Source of the DNA: Tubiluchus corallicola
Lineage: Eukaryota > Animalia > Priapulida
Assembly (NCBI GenBank): GCA_030141605.1
Contig: JAQGDQ010000530.1
Location: 88,687-152,686, forward strand
DNA length: 64,000 bases
Direction of reading: 5' to 3'
The translations under genes and the position numbers were made by a program. Shown in pieces: positions 52,901-64,000 of this stretch. Position 1 is the stretch's first letter. Each line of letters opens with the position of its first letter. The notes under the pieces are model-generated. The model was given only the letters and a program-made list of their open reading frames with translations, made no database searches and was not told the origin of the DNA.

Positions 52901-55900
52901 TAATTACTTAAAAATGGCAGCTCATGTAATAAATTAGTTATTTGGTTTACTCCTTGTAGACTGAAAGACTTGTGTAATTGGAAAATAAAATTCTTAGTAA
53001 TTTATCATGTTCGCACCTACGTCACTGTTCACAGTTAAAACGTCACTGTTCACCATCCCAGTGTGCACCAGTGATTCACCAAAAAACCGTAGATCTACAT
53101 TAAACAATTTTTACTTTTGCTTAGTTAATGTAGTGTGAATTGCAAATGGTTTGGTTAATTTTTAACTTTACACACTGTTATCTAAATTTGCTTCAATTGC
53201 TCAATGGCTGACGATTAAAATAGTTGCCTATATAACTGTCATCGCAGGAGTTTAGATTAACAAATTTTACATAGTGCTAAAGCAAGCTCTCTATGCAATA
53301 AGACGTCATGTATGGAAATTAATTTACATTTAAATATAAAAATACGATGTTCTGGTGCTTTAAAGAACAAGCCGGGAAATACGATTTACCTTGAAACCAA
53401 ATTAGATTTAATTAAAGTATTTCTTTAAAAACTTTAATTTTTTATTGCTATTAATATTTTTAGGAGGCTATGAATATCCATACGAATACGAAAGCAAATA
53501 CGAATATGAATACAAATACGAATACAAATACGAATACGAAAACAGTGAGTGTTTTTTGTGAACATTCCAGCACTTCAAAAACCTTGAATTCTAACTCTGC
53601 TGTATAAATAATTACCTCGTTTGGTACTTTCCTTTGGAACGTTTAGTTTACATGCATAAATTTAATACAGACTTGTGTGGTCACGTTGCGCAACGTGATT
53701 TCGCTTTTTTCTTCAACACTCGGTTTAGTTTTCGTTCGTGATGTTAGCATTTTAATAAAAAGTTGCGTGTTAACGTTGTTTTACATGATCACATGTGTCA
53801 AAGTCCAGATTGACAATGAATGCAGCATAAAACCTTGAGTAGAGTAGAAAATCTCGTTCAGTAATTTCTTCTATCTGCAGTTGTTACTCAACTTAAAACA
53901 AAACTGGATCCTATCTTAAACTGTAGGTCAAAACAATCTACTCTTTAAAATATTGAAGAGGTAACGTACTATTTTTTCAAAAATGATCAACGTGAAAGAA
54001 TTATTACCACACAAATACAATTCCACGTTCGCAACGACGCTAGTTCTTCATTGTTACATGCATTTCGCATTCTCTAGTTAGACGGGCACTAGCGTCTGCA
54101 TTTCAGAAACGCATTGCGCAAAGCAGGTGCTGCACCTCTCAGTTCAGATATGTTAGTTTGTGACATACTACATACGCCCGATTGCGTGAGTACTGCTGTA
54201 AAATTGAAATTTGAATTTTTATCTTAACACTTTCCTAGTTTTAGTACATCACACTTAATATCTTACAGTAGCACTGTACTTCAATTTTCGCTTTCGCAAA
54301 CGCGTGCAACATACGAATATTTTTGTTGTTGAAAATCATGGTAGTTTGTCATGTCATCAATAGTTGGGTTCGCCTGCGGGAGCTAAGATGTCAATCTATT
54401 ATTTATTTATCAGAAACGCCTTTCTAGTATTAATTGTGTTAAAATTTACACATTTTATTGGACTTAATAATTTAATAGTATATGAAAATAATCTTGCCTT
54501 CCTTTAACGTTCAATAGAAGCTTGCGTAACGTTGCTGGGAAGAAGTTTACAATGCTTTCCATTTCGCGCGGAGAGACGTACTTTTCTCTTGTCTTAACGA
54601 TTTGATTGAGGAGCAGAGCTATAGTAATGAATATTAACATCAGTTCTTATGGTAAAAAATAGTAAAATATAAATTTACTTCAAGAAATAAATGTATGGTC
54701 GCTGTTAAACAGAAGTATTTCATTGACACATACTGATCTATTGGAGAAAATAAAATTTTAAAATTGTTGTTGCTAGGCGAATCTGAAACATCGACATGTT
54801 ATGAAATCCCGGATTTTCTCAACACTGATTATAGATCTCCAGGAGTTTACACAGCTTTGAAGTTGACTCCAAGACACTGCGCTAATGTATGCGGACAACT
54901 TGGCCAAGAGTATTATCTTCTTACTGAAGGTAAGGTTATTAATGAAAATATTTCAGACAAACAATGTTTGTTTAATCTTTACTTGTAGAAAAATAACGCA
55001 AAGCTGTTTGTTCTGGTTCATTTATGTAGTGTACCAGGTTTTCGCTTATTGGCTGGTACCTCGTTTAGTGGACATTTTGAACTTTCAAATTAACAATTAG
55101 TGCTTTGGCATGTCATATGGATTTCAAAAATCAGTGCAATTAGAGAGATCCACAACACATGGAGACTTCAGTTAGAGCGAGCTTAGTTAACTTTGCATAC
55201 CATCCACATTAACTTTGGAACCAGAGTACAAAAATCAGAAATCAAATCAAGAATCGATTGAAATCCGCGTGTTTTCAATTTTTGACCTCCTAGGAATCTG
55301 ACTCATTGGAACAACATCAACTTAAATTTCTGCCATGTACTGGATTCTTAAGAAGACTGGGATATTTGGATTCACTAACATTTACTAACAGTTTGTCATA
55401 GTGCAGCCTTATTTTTTATTACTTTGCATGTATGACAGGCTAGCGATAGCATTGCCAACACTTCGGGATTATGGGTTCAACGTACCAGACAATGGGTCGT
55501 AGTTTGACAACATGCAGGTAAATTGCCGGGGTTGTTAAGGTGATTGTTTGAATAGTAGTTACCCCACGGTAGTATCTAGCATGTGAATTTTCTGTGCAAT
55601 CACACTATAATTCCAGTATTATATTTTCTTTAGTATTCAAATCGGTATGATAGACAGTGAATTTTGATGAAAATTAAGAAATGCAGCACAATATTTGAGC
55701 AACTATCAAGACAAACAGTTGGGCTAACTGCTATGAAATACCATTGGTTCAAATCAAAACTTAATGTGGTTCACACCAGTAAATGGTGGTTTGCAAACGC
55801 GAACTTTTGCAAGAATACAGACCTAAATTTTAAAGCTTGATTTTACAGTTCTGGAAGAACGTGTTAAGCTCACATTAATTGTACTTGTAGCAGCAAAGCG

Positions 55901-58900
55901 TTAAATAAGATTTAGCTGTATAGTGGAAACCAAGAAAACCAGGGCTGTTTCCATGCTACAATTCTATTCAGTTTAATTCAATAATTTTTATTTGGCTGAT
56001 TTGCATCATAAAACATTTCAATTGTATACGTAATGATAATAGCATTAGGCTAATAAAAACAGATATATTTATACAAATCAGCCCCGAGGAGTGTAGGAGA
56101 GTGAGCTTTCGAGATTCACCCCGAGATTGTGCAAACACATGCACACACAATCTCACCCCGAGATTGTGCAAACAAATGCACACACAATCTCACCCCGAGA
56201 CTGTGTAAACACATGCACACACAATCTCACCCCGAGACTGTGCAAACAAATGCACACACAATCTCACCCCGAGATTGTGCAAACACATGCACACACAATC
56301 TCGCCCCGAGATTGTGCAAACAAATGCACACACAATCTCACCCCGAGATTGTGCAAACAAATGCACACACAATCTCACCCCGAGATTGTGCAAACACATG
56401 CACACACAATCTCGCCCCGAGATTGTGCAAACAAATGCACACACAATCTCACCCCGAGACTGTGCAAACAAATGCACACACAATCTCACCCCGAGATTGT
56501 GCAAACACATGCACACACAATCTCACCCCGAGATTGTGCAAACAAATGCACACACAATCTCACCCCGAGACTGTGTAAACACATGCACACACAATCTCAC
56601 CCCGAGACTGTGCAAACAAATGCACACACAATCTCACCCCAAGACTGTGCAAACACATGCACACACAATCTCACCCCGAGACTGTGCAAACACATGCACA
56701 CACAATCTCACCCCGAGACTGTGCAAACACATGCACACACAATCTCGCCTTATGTCTGTGCAAACACCTGCACACACAATCTCACCGTGAGACTACGCAA
56801 TCACATGCACACACAATCTCACCGTGAGACTACGCAAACACATGCTCACACAATCTCACCGTGAGACTATGCAAACACATGCACACACAATCTCACCGTG
56901 AGACTACGCAAACACCTGCACACACAATCTCACCGTGAGACTACGCAAACACATGCTCACACAATCTCACCGTGAGACTACGCAAACACATGCTCACACA
57001 ATCTCACCGTGAGACTACGCAAACACATGCACACACAATCTCACCCCGAGACTGTGCAAACACATGCACACACAATCTCACCCCAAGACTATGCAAACAC
57101 ATGCACACACAATCTCGCCTTATGTCTGTGCAAACACATGCACACACAATCTCACCGTGAGACTGCGCAAACACATGCACACACAATCTCTCCCCGAGAC
57201 TGCGCAAACACATGCACACACAATCTCACCGTGAGACTATGCAAACACATGCTCACACAATCTCACCGTGAGACTACGCAAACACATGCACACACAATCT
57301 CACCCCGAGACTGTGCAAACACATGCACACACAATCTCACCCCGAGACTATGCAAACACATGCACACACAATCTCGCCTTATGTCTGTGCAAACACATGC
57401 ACACACAATCTCTCCCCGAGACTGCGCAAACACATGCACACACAATCTCTCCCCGAGACTGCGCAAACACATGCACACACAATCTCGCGTGAGCTATCGA
57501 GACTCACCCCGAGACTGTGCAAACACATGCACACACAATCTCTCCCCGAGACTGTGCAAACACATGCACACACAATCTCTCCCGGAGACTGTGCAAACAT
57601 ATGCACACACAATCTCACACCGAGACTGCACAAACACATGCATACAAACTCATGATTAAAACAATATTCAGTTTTAAGCACAATTAATGGTGACAATACA
57701 AACAAATGATATTAGAAGTATTTAAAAATGCCAGTTAGTAGGTTAGGTAACGATTTCGCAACAAATCAAATATGTACTTTTTAAAAAATTGTAATTGAAG
57801 TTGTTTCGCTCAAGGAGGAATTTGAGTCAATTATTGGATAGCAGTGTATGAAGGATTTCTGTAGCCATAACTAGTGTGAATGACAAGAGGATAAAAGTTA
57901 CCAACAGTTCTACGAGTAAAATAGTTATGGATTTGTTGGAGTTCAGCACACTCCAACTTCAAGTAGTTTAAAAAACAAAACAGTACACCACTTTGCTGGG
58001 TAGTGAAAAACCGTTAAGTCCATGGAGTCAATAGAGGTGAAACGAACTTTGTTTTGTGTCATTTCTCAGTGCGCAAAAAGGCGATGTAAGTGATTGGTGG
58101 TTGGCACACGTCCAAATATCTATTTTGAATAAATTTCAATGTTTCCAGGTCTTGCTTGCTTCTGTGGTAATGATAACCCAGAAGAATACTCGGTTTCTAG
58201 CAATTGCACGGCTTCATGTCCAGGAAACGCGAAGAAATCGTGTGGAGGATACAACAATGCGTTCTCTGTTGGCAGTGCAGCAACACTAGTTCCTGAATTT
58301 TCTATTGTCACCTCGTCCAGTGTTGTCCAAGCTCGCACAAAATCTGTGAATATCTCCCTGGACTGGTTTCCTAACAGCAAACCTAGTGGCGATCTTCTGA
58401 CATCAGTGGACTTTGGAGACGGATCGAGAAGTGATTATCTCAGTAATACTGAAATGTTTGAAAAGACATATGGTCTGCCAGGGCATTACATTGTGACGGT
58501 GTATGTTGCTAATGCTGAAACACCAATGCAGGTAAGCTAGTCGATTTGCAACAATGATTACCAGAAAAATATGCACACTAGCTTTATATGTTAGAACCAT
58601 ACAATTCAATTTTTATTACACGCACTTAAAGACGTTTTTAACCAAAACACCACGACTTTATTAAAACTTCTAATTCATATAGTCAGAGATCACGCCGAAC
58701 GTTTCGACAGACTACTGCTGTCGTCATCAGTGGTAAATTTTACAAGCATATAGCCAGCTTATGTAGACAAAGCCTATAGAACATTATGCAACTAATTAAG
58801 TTGGAAGAAGCCAAATAGGTAGTGAATAAGCAGACCAGTAAAGAAATTGATACAGTAACTACGCAACTAATTTTGTATTCACAAAAGCCAAACAGGTAAT

Positions 58901-60342
58901 GTTTGAGCAGACCTGAAGAAAGGAAATTAATACATTAACAAACAGCTAAGTGTTTTAAAATAAAGTTAAATGAATTGACCTTATTCATTACCTATTTGTC
59001 TTCTGTTAACTACTTCATTAATTGCATAATGTTTTATAGGCTCTGCCTATATAAACTTGTTGTATGTTTGTAAAGCATACTACTGATGATGACAGCAATA
59101 GTCTGTCGAAACGTTTGGCGAGATTTTAGATCATGTGAATTGGAAGTTTTAATAAAGTTTTGTTGTTTTAGCCATACAATTATTTCACCATAATTGTTCT
59201 GAAAAAGACCAACGTTCTTTTGGTTTAAGCTATTTTTCCTTCTTTTCTTTACAAATATTTCTTTTCTAGATACGAATGTCAACTGAGCTGGTTACAGTAG
59301 AATCAGATCTGCTTGGTTTTACGTTGGACTGCCCCATGACTGCAAGTTTAGGATTGGAGTTCACGTGTTCTGCGTATGTGGCAGAAACTGACTTTAACTC
59401 GCCGTCTTTAACTATAGATTTCAATGACTCATCACCGCTAGCGAAATTTAGTATGCCAGGTAAAGAGAGTTGTCACAATTACTATGCTGTTTGAATGGTT
59501 TGCGGCGATGGTGGTGACATTACTGTATGTCAGGTGCCACATACTTAAATCCAGTTTCAAGAAGTAAATTAATCAGTTATGAAATATGGCTTCACAATGT
59601 TCTGAAAACGCTTTCGATAATTTAATTTCATCTCGATGGGATACTTTACATACGAGTCGAGTTTGGATAGTAATTTTCTTTTACCCATTTTGATTACGCT
59701 ACCATTTTTTATTACACACAGTGGTATGTAACACTAAGCTTAATATTTTACAATCATCTTTCTCACAGTTTCAGAGATTGATGATGATAGTGAAAAGGTC
59801 AAAGGTTAATCGTACCAAACAATGCAGTTATGTACACTTGACAATGTCTCGTAGCCCATGCTATTGTAATACAAATGTAGTAACAGTCTTAACAGCTAGC
59901 TAGAACCCTTTCCTAGTTCATTTTTTCTTGTTCCCAAGCAAGATCCTACTAGTAAATCACTCCATGCACAGACTAATGCATAATTAAGTAATGTCTATGA
60001 AAAACGACTGAATTTAGTGAACTGATGCGGTAGACGACCTTGCTTTAACAACACATGTCACGTAGCGGTTGTAGTTAAGACGCATTGCCGTGATACACGT
60101 AACCTTTGACCTACAGCAACTACGCATGCGCACAACGAGATTGTGAATATAGGCCTACTCAATATCATTTTTCAGCACCTTTCACATTTACTGCTGGAAA
60201 GCCAGTGCACGGCTACTATGCTAGTATAAGCAGTCAAGTGGAACAAGAATGGCTTCTTCAGCAGACACAGTTTCAACATGAAGGGCGCCTGATTGGCCTG
60301 GAGTTGATTGTGGATACTGGGGGAGATGGAGTTACTGTCTAT
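49928..60342 (+). CDS. Polycystin-1/REJ-like (WSC + PKD domain) extracellular protein, 5' portion
   Basis: Exons 49928-50048 or 51932-52004 (signal peptides), 53464-53544, 54777-54929, 58149-58531, 59270-59459, 60176-60342 in consistent phase; WSC ([35 protein letters not shown]) then PKD ([24 protein letters not shown]); no 3' part seen. Confidence 0.75.
51088..51704. mobile_element. PIF/Harbinger-type MITE
   Basis: TIR ggcccatttcatagtgaggacgc / gcgtcttcactgtgaaattggcc; TAA TSD; related end at ~26303. Confidence 0.8.
52413..52511. repeat. (CCAT)n microsatellite
   Basis: Direct reading. Confidence 0.95.
53464..53544 (+). CDS. Tyr-Glu/Lys repeat exon ([26 protein letters not shown])
   Basis: tttttag / gtgagt, 81 nt, phase 1-1, fits between signal exon and WSC exon. 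Confidence 0.6.
53892..54507. mobile_element. TTAA-type MITE family B copy
   Basis: Similarity to 17470-18091. Confidence 0.8.
54777..54929 (+). CDS. WSC domain first-half exon
   Basis: [36 protein letters not shown]; gctag / gtaagg. Confidence 0.8.
56115..57645. repeat. 37-bp minisatellite, about 41 copies, in intron splitting the WSC domain (mirrored at 62875-64000)
   Basis: caccccgagactgtgcaaacacatgcacacacaatct unit. Confidence 0.95.
58149..58531 (+). CDS. WSC second half + PKD domain exon
   Basis: [33 protein letters not shown]; ttccag / gtaagc. Confidence 0.85.
58694..58734 (-). ncRNA. Minimal type I hammerhead ribozyme-like motif (inverted partner)
   Basis: Reverse complement reads acca-CTGATGA-C-GACAG-cagtagt-CTGTC-GAAAC-GTT-cgg. 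Confidence 0.6.
59079..59120 (+). ncRNA. Minimal type I hammerhead ribozyme-like motif
   Basis: CTGATGA-T-GACAG-caatagt-CTGTC-GAAAC-GTT: core, 5-bp stem II, palindromic AACGTT stem III. Confidence 0.6.
59270..59459 (+). CDS. PKD-like exon ([11 protein letters not shown]...[17 protein letters not shown])
   Basis: ttctag / gtaaag, phase 0-1. Confidence 0.78.
60176..60342 (+). CDS. Next exon of PKD-like gene (PFTFTAGKP...[20 protein letters not shown])
   Basis: tttcag / gtaaga, phase 1-0. Confidence 0.75.
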
Positions 60343-60399
60343 GTAAGATTCACATGTTATAAAACTTGAAATTCAAATTACGCGCAATGCAGTAATAAT

Positions 60400-61008
60400 C
60401 AGCAGCGGCTCATAGCGAAAATTAGTGGGGGTGCTGCTTCAGAAAATTTATAGCCATTATTTTAATACTGGCTAAACAAACACATGTAATTTTAATGTTG
60501 TAGTCATATTTGAAGGTAGGTTGTTGAACGGCCTCTTTTCTTAATTGCAACTTTCTCATGGAGAGACAACTGTAAAAAGTTAAGCTGTTGTAATTCACTC
60601 ATAGTCACAGAACCTATTTCTTGGGGATGCAAGGCGTCCATTATTAAATAATTTATGTTTTAAGCACACGCGCTGAGTTTACACTTTATCACATCCAAGA
60701 ATCTGACGGTACACGATAAGCACGTGGCAATTGTTACTGTGATATACACAGTGCTTTTCTACATAGCAGTATACGCTAGCGTAGAGCGTGTAACCTCGGA
60801 TGTGTGCGCAAGGCCGCACGCGCACAGTAGCCAAACACCACGTTGCTTGGGCTGTGAAGCAAACAGTACTACCCTCACACGCTCCGGTTCCGCACAAGTA
60901 TAAAATAAGAACTAAAGAAAAAAGACACTATAATGAATATTATCAATAATAATGAGTGAAAATAGGGGGTGCTGCAGTACTACAGTACCTATATACGAGC
61001 CGCCACTG
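60400..61008. mobile_element. hAT-type MITE
   Basis: TIR cagcagcggctc / gagccgccactg; perfect 8-bp TSD gtaataat. Confidence 0.85.
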
Positions 61009-61229
61009 GTAATAATTTAACCTTAAAATTTCTTATGATTCCCAAATTAGTAAAATACTTACTTAGCCCGTTGGCAGATTTATACATAGAGAATATTAAA
61101 AGTATTTACAGTATTATACTACTTTATTTTTGCAGTTGAGCAGGTAGTAAAAAGACTTATTTTTGTTACACTAATGACGTGGAATAAGTAGGACTCGTTA
61201 TTTCGCCAATGAATGTAGGTAAAAAAGCA

Positions 61230-61470
61230 CAGCAAAAATGGCACGGTAAAACGGTACATGAAAAATGGCACAGGAAAAATGGTACAGGAAAGAATGGCAT
61301 AGGAAAAAATGGCACAGGAAAATGGTGCTGGAAAAATGGCACGGGAAAGAATGGCATGGGAAAATGGCACAGGAAAAATTGTACAGGAAAAAATGGCACG
61401 GAAAAAACGACACAGGAAAAAATTTCAAGGGAAAAACTGGCACAGGAAAAATGGCAGGAAAAATGGCATG
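61230..61470. repeat. Degenerate 14-15 bp repeat (ggcacaggaaaaat)
   Basis: Direct reading. Confidence 0.85.
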
Positions 61471-61942
61471 CTTAATAAAATGTGTGTCTAGGGCTAGAGT
61501 TACAGTGGAGGATATATTTCAACACAGTTTGTTTGTCTGTTTATTTGATTGTTTTTTGTTTGTTATAGTAGTAAGCCTATTACACAAAACTATCTAACCT
61601 AATTTCCAAGAAACTTTGTGAAGAAAGGGGGTACAGGGTGCCAAAATCGGAATCTATTCGACGGTTCTGTTTTCGCAAAACTTGATCGTACACTAAATTC
61701 GTGGAGGTCTCAGAGGAAGTGTTTAGTACTTCTTTTCTGTCGTCTCCACTGGGACAAACAACTACGAGATAGTTCCAGTTTCATTTCGAGAAATTTTCCC
61801 CTGAAAAGCTGTGCAACGCTGTCTACAACCTTTGTTTATTAGTGTATATAGCCTTGTTACGTAAACACGTTTTTTTTGTTTATCTGTTACCATCACTAAA
61901 ATTAATGGTTAAAAAGGTAGCTAAACACTATGTGAAACATTC

Positions 61943-64000
61943 GTGCATATTTTTCTGGTAATCATTGTTGCAAATCGACTAGCTTACCTGCATTGGTGTT
62001 TCAGCATTAGCAACATACACCGTCACAATGTAATGCCCTGGCAGACCATATGTCTTTTCAAACATTTCAGTATTACTGAGATAATCACTTCTCGATCCGT
62101 CTCCAAAGTCCACTGATGTCAGAAGATCGCCACTAGGTTTGCTGTTAGGAAACCAGTCCAGGGAGATATTCACAGATTTTGTGCGAGCTTGGACAACACT
62201 GGACGAGGTGACAATAGAAAATTCAGGAACTAGTGTTGCTGCACTGCCAACAGAGAACGCATTGTTGTATCCTCCACACGATTTCTTCGCGTTTCCTGGA
62301 CATGAAGCCGTGCAATTGCTAGAAACCGAGTATTCTTCTGGGTTATCATTACCACAGAAGCAAGCAAGACCTGGAAACATTGAAATTTATTCAAAATAGA
62401 TATTTGGACGTGTGCCAACCACCAATCACTTACATCGCCTTTTTGCGCACTGAGAAATGACACAAAACAAAGTTCGTTTCACCTCTATTGACTCCATGGA
62501 CTTAACGGTTTTTCACTACCCAGCAAAGTGGTGTACTGTTTTGTTTTTTAAACTACTTGAAGTTGGAGTGTGCTGAACTCCAACAAATCCATAACTATTT
62601 TACTCGTAGAACTGTTGGTAACTTTTATCCTCTTGTCATTCACACTAGTTATGGCTACAGAAATCCTTCATACACTGCTATCCAATAATTGACTCAAATT
62701 CCTCCTTGAGCGAAACAACTTCAATTACAATTTTTTAAAAAGTACATATTTGATTTGTTGCGAAATCGTTACCTAACCTACTAACTGGCATTTTTAAATA
62801 CTTCTAATATCATTTGTTTGTATTGTCACCATTAATTGTGCTTAAAACTGAATATTGTTTTAATCATGAGTTTGTATGCATGTGTTTGTGCAGTCTCGGT
62901 GTGAGATTGTGTGTGCATATGTTTGCACAGTCTCCGGGAGAGATTGTGTGTGCATGTGTTTGCACAGTCTCGGGGAGAGATTGTGTGTGCATGTGTTTGC
63001 ACAGTCTCGGGGTGAGTCTCGATAGCTCACGCGAGATTGTGTGTGCATGTGTTTGCGCAGTCTTGGGGAGAGATTGTGTGTGCATGTGTTTGCGCAGTCT
63101 CGGGGAGAGATTGTGTGTGCATGTGTTTGCACAGACATAAGGCGAGATTGTGTGTGCATGTGTTTGCATTGTCTCGGGGTGAGATTGTGTGTGTATGTGT
63201 TTGCACAGTCTCGGGGTGAGATTGTGTGTGCATGTGTTTGCGTAGTCTCACGGTGAGATTGTGTGAGCATGTGTTTGCATAGTCTCACGGTGAGATTGTG
63301 TGTGCATGTGTTTGCGCAGTCTCGGGGAGAGATTGTGTGTGCATGTGTTTGCGCAGTCTCACGGTGAGATTGTGTGTGCATGTGTTTGCACAGACATAAG
63401 GCGAGATTGTGTGTGCATGTGTTTGCATAGTCTCGGGGTGAGATTGTGTGTGCATGTGTTTGCACAGTCTCGGGGTGAGATTGTGTGTGCATGTGTTTGC
63501 GTAGTCTCGCGGTGAGATTGTGTGAGCATGTGTTTGCGTAGTCTCACGGTGAGATTGTGTGAGCATGTGTTTGCGTAGTCTCACGGTGAGATTGTGTGTG
63601 CAGGTGTTTGCGTAGTCTCACGGTGAGAATGTGTGTGCATGTGTTTGCGTAGTCTCATGGTGAGATTGTGTGAGCATGTGTTTGCATAGTCTCACGGTGA
63701 GATTGTGTGTGCATGTGATTGCGTAGTCTCACGGTGAGATTGTGTGTGCAGGTGTTTGCACAGACATAAGGCGAGATTGTGTGTGCATGTGTTTGCACAG
63801 TCTCGGGGTGAGATTGTGTGTGCATGTGTTTGCACCGTCTCGGGGTGAGATTGTGTGTGCATGTGTTTGCACAGTCTTGGGGTGAGATTGTGTGTGCATT
63901 TGTTTGCACAGTCTCGGGGTGAGATTGTGTGTGCATGTGTTTACACAGTCTCGGGGTGAGATTGTGTGTGCATTTGTTTGCACAATCTCGGGGTGAGATT
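61943..64000 (-). repeat. Right arm of inverted segmental duplication (mirror of 56519-58576), extends past window end
   Basis: Paired coordinates sum to 120519 throughout; breakpoint ccagaaaaatatgcac| at 58576 / 61943. Confidence 0.95.
61988..62370 (-). CDS. Inverted duplicate of the WSC/PKD exon
   Basis: ORF 61979-62380 is identical in translation to ORF 58139-58540; splice sites retained. Confidence 0.65.

Larger units (their letters stand above)
58640..59172. mobile_element. Inverted-repeat element with hammerhead motifs, Penelope pLTR / retrozyme-like
   Basis: About 190-bp diverged arms 58640-58830 and 58980-59172, each with a hammerhead core. Confidence 0.55.

Noticed and set aside
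56127-57705. His/Cys/Thr-rich ORFs (and mirrors at 62814-63983)
   Set aside because: Translations of the intronic 37-bp minisatellite in multiple frames.
61119-61597. Lys/Gly/Trp-rich and Phe/Pro-rich ORFs
   Set aside because: Translations of the 14-15 bp ggcacaggaaaaat repeat.

Overview
AT-rich, intron-rich animal genomic DNA (probably a marine invertebrate; inferred, not proven). It is not prokaryotic, so most ORFs in the supplied track are spurious or partial exons. Manual exon assembly with GT-AG sites and phase checks gives four gene regions. (1) A divergent TTLL4-like tubulin glutamylase on the minus strand (about 19.7 kb down to beyond base 1). (2) A complete 9-exon MTAP gene on plus (21467-29397, 294 aa), head-to-head with it. 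(3) A secreted-protein / pentraxin(LamG)-domain locus on plus (33550-45132) whose middle junction I could not resolve. (4) The 5' part of a polycystin-1/REJ-like WSC+PKD gene on plus (49928-60342). Introns contain hAT, TTAA-type, Harbinger and Tc1-like MITEs, decayed LINE and Gypsy fragments, and mini/microsatellites. The most unusual features are as follows. A 14 x 84 bp tandem array amplifies the MTAP intron1/exon2 junction, creating 12 extra in-phase acceptors that all lead to stops. The TTLL protein has non-canonical specificity-pocket residues. A near-perfect inverted duplication of at least 2 kb carries the WSC/PKD exon. An inverted pair of minimal hammerhead-ribozyme motifs lies in a PKD-gene intron. 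The PKD-like gene also has a Tyr-Glu repeat exon and two alternative signal-peptide exons. All results are by eye; no searches were run.
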